A stretch of 64,000 bases of DNA, from NCBI GenBank assembly GCA_016860985.1, contig BOKM01000001.1, positions 317,716 through 381,715 on the forward strand. The letters are read 5' to 3'. Shown here piece after piece: positions 59,285 to 64,000 of this stretch. The first letter of the stretch is position 1, and each line of letters begins with the position of its first letter. Both the position numbers and the translations under genes were made by a program. This stretch comes from Patescibacteria group bacterium. GTDB lineage: Bacteria > Patescibacteriota > Dojkabacteria > GCA-002793355. The notes beneath the pieces are model-generated. The model was not told where the DNA came from. It was given only the letters and a program-made list of their open reading frames with translations, and searched no databases.

Positions 59285-59749
59285 CTAGTCCATTCCTAAC
59301 AATTCGCGGACACCACTTGAAACATTAGAGAGTACATTACCGCCATTTCTGTATAATTCAGAAACAATCGCCACACTCAACAAGTCATTATCTTTTGGTG
59401 ATTGATAACCAACCTTTCTTTTTAGATTAGTCATCAATTGTTCTTCGTCTACACCATCACCAAATATACTGTTACGTCGAAGAGGTTCAGCACATACACT
59501 ATCCGCAGCTACACTATCCTGAACTGCGATTTTTAGCATATTCAATTTCCCAACATGCTTTAGTGCCTCTTGTACTTCCAAGGTTTGCAAACCAAATATC
59601 GCCCCCGAATCACGCTCTTTGAGTTTGGCAATTCGCTCAAGTTCAACTCCAAGAGCTCCTAAAGAAGCCACACCTTCTCTAAATTTTACTTCTCCAAGCG
59701 CTCTAAACGAGCTTTCCTCTGTGGGTTCACTTAAATGTGGTGTTGTCAT
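59285..59749 (-). CDS. hypothetical protein (orphan)
   Basis: 154 aa; TATAAT 5 nt before ATG. Confidence 0.6.
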   Translation of the reverse strand: MTTPHLSEPTEESSFRALGEVKFREGVASLGALGVELERIAKLKERDSGAIFGLQTLEVQEALKHVGKLNMLKIAVQDSVAADSVCAEPLRRNSIFGDGVDEEQLMTNLKRKVGYQSPKDNDLLSVAIVSELYRNGGNVLSNVSSGVRELLGMD

Positions 59750-59773
59750 ATCGAATTATACAATACCGAACCA

Positions 59774-60478
59774 TTACACTTCTACCTGTATACCTATAAC
59801 CGACGCCTCAACTGCCTGCTTAAAGGCTTCTCCCATAGTTGCATCACCAACAACTGAACCGTAATGCATAGGCACGACTACAAGTGGTGAAAGCGTCTGC
59901 GTTACACCAACGGCCTCCTCAAGGTTCATTACATATACGCCAGAAACAGGAACAAAGAGGACCTCTACCATTCCTGTAAGTGCCTCCATTTCTGGAATTG
60001 GATCAGAATCGCCAACAAAGTAAACTCCTACCCCACCAATATCAACCACATATCCTACAAATTCCTTTTCTTTTGGATGATATAAATTGCCCTGAGGCGA
60101 TTTTTTATCGATATTGTACGCTGGTACAGCCATTGCCGTAACTTGAGTGTTTTTTGTTGTTATTTTGTATTCTTCAAGTGGCACAACAGGAATCAATCTC
60201 TCTTGGTTTACATCTAAAAATGTTTGCACTTTGTCTAATATCGAGGCCGGAAAAACAAATACTGTCTCCCGTGAAGCAATCGATTGCAAATCTTTTGGTG
60301 AAAAATGATCGAAATGGTCATGGGTAATAAACACAATATCTGCCTTAATTTGAGATCGAAACGCGCCTTGCGCCTGAAACGGGTCAAAGACAACAGTAAC
60401 CGAGGGACTTTCAGCAGAAACCACTACTGTATCATGCTCATGCTTGGTAATTGAAAGATTTTTATAGGTAAAGTTCAT
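59774..60478 (-). CDS. MBL-fold metallo-hydrolase (UlaG-like)
   Basis: DPF, THDHFDH, GDS, PMHYG. Confidence 0.88.
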   Translation of the reverse strand: MNFTYKNLSITKHEHDTVVVSAESPSVTVVFDPFQAQGAFRSQIKADIVFITHDHFDHFSPKDLQSIASRETVFVFPASILDKVQTFLDVNQERLIPVVPLEEYKITTKNTQVTAMAVPAYNIDKKSPQGNLYHPKEKEFVGYVVDIGGVGVYFVGDSDPIPEMEALTGMVEVLFVPVSGVYVMNLEEAVGVTQTLSPLVVVPMHYGSVVGDATMGEAFKQAVEASVIGIQVEV

Positions 60479-61113
60479 TCCTTTTCAGTTGTTTCCACTT
60501 TAGCCGGTCGTACACCGCGTGGGGCTTCTAGCTCACCAAAAAATACAGTTGGCTCAATATATGTACCTTCTAAAAGTTTATCCATACTTGTTTGTGGAGA
60601 ACGCAAATATCGGTACTCAATTTTTTCTGACAAAAGCATAGCAATTCGGTATGCTTCTTGATAACTTTCAACCAAGAAAATAAGCCGTGAAGGAAAGTTT
60701 AACCTTGAGTCAATATACAGCATGATTGTACCGTCTTTTTCGGCCATCCAATAGGTTTTCAAATCATCCCAACTGTACAAAACATCAAGTGTTCTAATGC
60801 CGATTTTCTCAATATTATGAACCACTCTCTGTGGCGGGATACTAATAAACACAAAAAGAATAAAGAAGACTGCAGCAGCAACAAGCGTGAGAACCGGCTG
60901 GCCTATCCAAAAGAAATATAAACCGAAGATAACGACCGCACTTGTAAACACGGCCTTTTGCGTTCCGTTGAAAATATAGGTTGGTCGGTCGTTTGCTTCC
61001 CAAGAAAAAAGTACCTTGTTGTAGTCGTATTTAGTAGCAGTTTTACTTCTCTCTTGCTCCACTACTTGCCTCAAGGTATTTTTTGTATCTGTTTCTTGCT
61101 TTGTACTTGCCAT
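60475..61113 (-). CDS. conserved two-TM membrane protein with PH-like C-terminal part
   Basis: LFSWEA.DRP, two TMs, YSWDDLKTYW; start 61113 (TATAGT 5 nt upstream). Confidence 0.65.
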   Translation of the reverse strand: MASTKQETDTKNTLRQVVEQERSKTATKYDYNKVLFSWEANDRPTYIFNGTQKAVFTSAVVIFGLYFFWIGQPVLTLVAAAVFFILFVFISIPPQRVVHNIEKIGIRTLDVLYSWDDLKTYWMAEKDGTIMLYIDSRLNFPSRLIFLVESYQEAYRIAMLLSEKIEYRYLRSPQTSMDKLLEGTYIEPTVFFGELEAPRGVRPAKVETTEKE

Positions 61114-61492
61114 ACTCAACTATACCCCAAATCAGGCAGTAACTCAATAAAGTTACCCAATAGCTTACAAGTGTAAATACATGCAAGACGAGCAAAAGTA
61201 TTGCCGCAACAGTTACTGTAAAAAAAGTAGTCCATACCCACGTTCCACTTTCTTCGCGCGATTCCTTTTTAACCCAAGAGACAATTGAACGAAAAAGTGA
61301 AGCAACAATAGCAAAAATAGCAGCTACGAGTAAGCTGACCAAGGAAATAACAATAAATATATTACCAATTTGGGGGACGCTATTTTGTGAATATGGAAGA
61401 AAATTGCCTGTTGCGAGCAGTGACCAGAAAAAATAACCGACTATCCCACCAACCGCACCAATAGAAGCAGTTGCCTGCTGCTGTGTAATCAT
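61043..61492 (-). CDS. four-TM membrane protein
   Basis: Hydrophobic segments; TAATG coupling to the VKOR gene. Confidence 0.6.
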   Translation of the reverse strand: MITQQQATASIGAVGGIVGYFFWSLLATGNFLPYSQNSVPQIGNIFIVISLVSLLVAAIFAIVASLFRSIVSWVKKESREESGTWVWTTFFTVTVAAILLLVLHVFTLVSYWVTLLSYCLIWGIVEYGKYKARNRYKKYLEASSGAREK

Positions 61493-61968
61493 TAACGATT
61501 AAACAAGCTTATAAACTCTAGCCATGCAGCCTTCATGCCACCATGGCGCCTAATTTCGACGAGCGAAATGATCATAAGGAAAATGGTCAAAAAGGTTGAC
61601 ACGGTACACCATGAACAAAAAGCCTTAATAGGTACTATCTCTAGATATAAGAAATAAAGACTCGCAAGAATTCCAATCCCCGACATTTTCCATGTCGCAA
61701 TTCGCAAAATTGGGCGGTCATCAATCAACCGAAAAACAGTAATAAGCGCGTTCACACCATAAAAAGCGAGCCCATAGGCAGCAATTGGTACTGCAAAAAT
61801 CTTTGAGTATGGACTATGTAACACAATTTCACAGCCGCCGCCCGTAAGGCAACCAATAACTTTTTGGGTAATTGCGGTATGCCACATAAAAATTGACAGT
61901 GCCATTCCGGCAATATTAACGAATAGCATCCATTGCGTAAGTGTAGGCGTAACAAGCTTTATCTTCAT
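61492..61968 (-). CDS. vitamin K epoxide reductase (VKOR) family disulfide-bond protein
   Basis: CLTGGGC loop, VLHSPYS, FCSWC, four TMs. Confidence 0.9.
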   Translation of the reverse strand: MKIKLVTPTLTQWMLFVNIAGMALSIFMWHTAITQKVIGCLTGGGCEIVLHSPYSKIFAVPIAAYGLAFYGVNALITVFRLIDDRPILRIATWKMSGIGILASLYFLYLEIVPIKAFCSWCTVSTFLTIFLMIISLVEIRRHGGMKAAWLEFISLFNR

Positions 61969-62007
61969 ACTCTATTATAATTGCTTAGTTAAAAATAGCA
62001 ACGAACG

Positions 62008-62889
62008 CTATTTGCCTAATTGCTCTTCAATAATGTTCTTGAACGCAACAATTGGGTACGCTCCTTCTACCAATCTGCCCTGCAAAACTCCGTCTTTTAC
62101 CACACCAATCACAAAGGTTGGTGTACCAAGCCCTTGGGTTACACCTTTTTGTACAATATCTTGCTCGAATGTAGAAAGTTCTGCGCTGTCATCTTTAACG
62201 CGATTTGCAGCCTCGGTAGTCTTTATACAATTCTTAATTTTGTTTGAATCGACTCCCAATTCACCAAATAGTGCATAAAATTGTTTGTCTTTGATGTTTA
62301 CCACAGGTTGATTATTATCGTCGTAAGCATTTTGCGTAATCGTGCTGCTTTTGGCAAAGAAAAGATTGTTAAAGCTATACATTTTTTCTGCACTGTAGAG
62401 TGTTTCTACACAATAGGCCGCTTGTGCAGAAATAGTTGCTGCAGGGTTGTGGAAGGCAAGAGGATAGTGTTTGTATACGAATTGAACCTTCCCAGTCTCG
62501 ATATAATCTTTATTGATAGTTGCAAAACTTTCATCATGGAACTTCTTACAGTAAGGGCAGACCAAATCGCTAAATTCCAAGACAACGACCTTTGCACTTT
62601 TATCGCCAAGTGTTGGGCCACCCTTAAATGGAATACTCACTTCTGCAAATTCATTAGCAGCAAACGTTTGAACGGTTGGAGTTGGTGTTGCACCGGCGCC
62701 TGTAGGGGTTACTGGTCGAGCCTTTAATCCGAAATAGAGTGCTGATCCTATTCCTGCAGTAAAAATGATTACACTCAACAAAATTGCCCATGGAAGAGAC
62801 AATCCTTTAAGATTTAACGTTACATATTCTGAAGAATCATTTTTTTCTACTGACTTTACTTCTCTTTTCTCATCTACTACTTTGGTCAT
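62008..62889 (-). CDS. DsbA-family thiol-disulfide oxidoreductase, membrane anchored
   Basis: TM, EFSDLVCPYC, KHYPL, GTPTF, GAYP. Confidence 0.9.
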   Translation of the reverse strand: MTKVVDEKREVKSVEKNDSSEYVTLNLKGLSLPWAILLSVIIFTAGIGSALYFGLKARPVTPTGAGATPTPTVQTFAANEFAEVSIPFKGGPTLGDKSAKVVVLEFSDLVCPYCKKFHDESFATINKDYIETGKVQFVYKHYPLAFHNPAATISAQAAYCVETLYSAEKMYSFNNLFFAKSSTITQNAYDDNNQPVVNIKDKQFYALFGELGVDSNKIKNCIKTTEAANRVKDDSAELSTFEQDIVQKGVTQGLGTPTFVIGVVKDGVLQGRLVEGAYPIVAFKNIIEEQLGK

Positions 62890-62969
62890 GCCACGAGATA
62901 TCAACTTATGAAGGCTACTGTATCAGATACCCTATATCACTGTCAAAGAAAAGCAGGTATAATCACCGC

Positions 62970-63704
62970 ATGCAACGTAATTATTCGTTATTTCTTGGAG
63001 GTATCGCGCTGCTGATTGTTGTTGCGATTCTTTCCCTAAACCGAGGAACAACTGGTGCGCTCAAACTTTCATCAAGCGAGGGAATTCCAACCTCTGGGAT
63101 CCTTGGAGCCACTGCGATTCCAACAAACGACATTCAAAACACACCTATTCCAACGACTTTTCCGACAGTATCAATTACGGTAACCATAACACCAACCCCA
63201 ACAAAAACTGTCGAACCCTCACCTTCGCTCAGAACACCAAGCCCGACTCAAACTCCAATGGTACCCACTTGCAGTGCTTATACCTCAAAACTCAAAATTC
63301 GAGCAACCGAATTTATGAATACACACAAGGCAAAAGACGCTTACGATGTGCTTGCCCTTATCTCTGATCCATACGACTCCGAAGAGCAAGAAGAATTAGA
63401 TTTTTGGCTCGGCACCGGTGATGAAAATGCAGGAGGGCTCTACCAAACCGCAAGCACTAGCTATACGACCACAAAATTCACCATCGGAACGTTATCTGAC
63501 AGAGGTGATGATCCACGAGAACGCGGAAACAAATCGTGCCAAATGACGATCTCCGAAGAACGAAAACAAATAGAGCCTGACCAAACAGCGACCACGGACA
63601 GCTACGCACGATATATTGATTTTTCACTCTCCCCAGACGGAACATTTACTTTGACTGGATTTAAATCTTCAAAAGACGGTAGTAAATATTCAGGATTTAA
63701 CTAA
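62970..63704 (+). CDS. membrane-anchored exported protein with Thr/Pro-rich linker
   Basis: N-terminal TM, GILGATA, TPTPT linker, two Cys in the C-terminal domain. Confidence 0.65.
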   Translation: MQRNYSLFLGGIALLIVVAILSLNRGTTGALKLSSSEGIPTSGILGATAIPTNDIQNTPIPTTFPTVSITVTITPTPTKTVEPSPSLRTPSPTQTPMVPTCSAYTSKLKIRATEFMNTHKAKDAYDVLALISDPYDSEEQEELDFWLGTGDENAGGLYQTASTSYTTTKFTIGTLSDRGDDPRERGNKSCQMTISEERKQIEPDQTATTDSYARYIDFSLSPDGTFTLTGFKSSKDGSKYSGFN

Positions 63705-64000
63705 ACCGTTTTAAGAAAACGTTCGCCGCAAAGTAGAACGTCACCTTTATCACAGCAATAGCCACGACCAATACCTTTAAGACCGTCAAAAGGGGAATAT
63801 TGGTAGCAATAACCAATAAAACCATTCCGCCGAGTAGCATCCGGGCGAGCGTATACACGAATTCCTGATACACATTAAGTTCAACACTCATTTCGCTTTT
63901 TGCGTCAATTTTATTGGTCATGTTTACTGCTAAGTCATATTCGACTGGTGTAACAACTGCTGCAGCAATAGTTAAAAGGACGGAATTCACGTACAACATA
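63697..64000 (-). CDS. C-terminal fragment of a membrane transporter (MFS-like); runs off the window end
   Basis: Three hydrophobic helices, E..Y..AR motif, open to the window edge. Confidence 0.4.
   Translation of the reverse strand, partial: MLYVNSVLLTIAAAVVTPVEYDLAVNMTNKIDAKSEMSVELNVYQEFVYTLARMLLGGMVLLVIATNIPLLTVLKVLVVAIAVIKVTFYFAANVFLKRFS

Noticed and set aside
1-64000. Alternative genetic code (UGA=Gly), CRISPR array, prophage, IS element, rRNA or intron
   Set aside because: Core genes are full length under code 11 and several end in TGA with ATGA coupling; no repeat-spacer array, transposase, phage gene or interrupted core gene was seen

Overview
Roughly 40% GC bacterial chromosomal segment, standard code 11 (TGA is used as stop), very gene dense. 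It is most likely from a Patescibacteria/CPR genome on the Dojkabacteria/WWE3/Microgenomates branch. That placement is an inference from the short IF2, AlaRS lacking C-Ala, the PrgI-VirB4 core locus, the sortase/LCP/MltG envelope genes, many orphan ORFs and a strongly divergent RNAP. Housekeeping content: nusA-infB, dnaJ, alaS-yqgF-mltG-LCP-holA, lepA, trmH, grpE-dnaK with a CIRCE operator, an adk-like gene, sod, rpoB-rpoC-rpsL-rpsG-rplY, DsbA/VKOR genes and three tRNAs (Ser-UGA, Arg-UCG, Ala-CGC). No CRISPR array, integrase, transposase or prophage was seen. Most notable signals: (1) an AhcY homologue whose homocysteine pocket is rebuilt while its NAD/oxidation machinery is intact, a candidate new-substrate enzyme; (2) pervasive TANNNT boxes exactly 5 nt before start codons, implying leaderless mRNAs; (3) wholesale substitution of the rifamycin pocket and of near-universal RNAP motifs, plus both streptomycin sites of S12 and the 5S-binding residues of L25; (4) a chromosomal PrgI/VirB4 secretion core without mobility genes, alongside a sortase locus with no LPXTG substrate and a recurrent VLG motif in surface proteins; (5) an ECF sigma operon whose promoter consensus can be read directly from two copies in the sequence. 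All protein calls come from by-eye motif recognition against remembered family consensus; no database searches were run.
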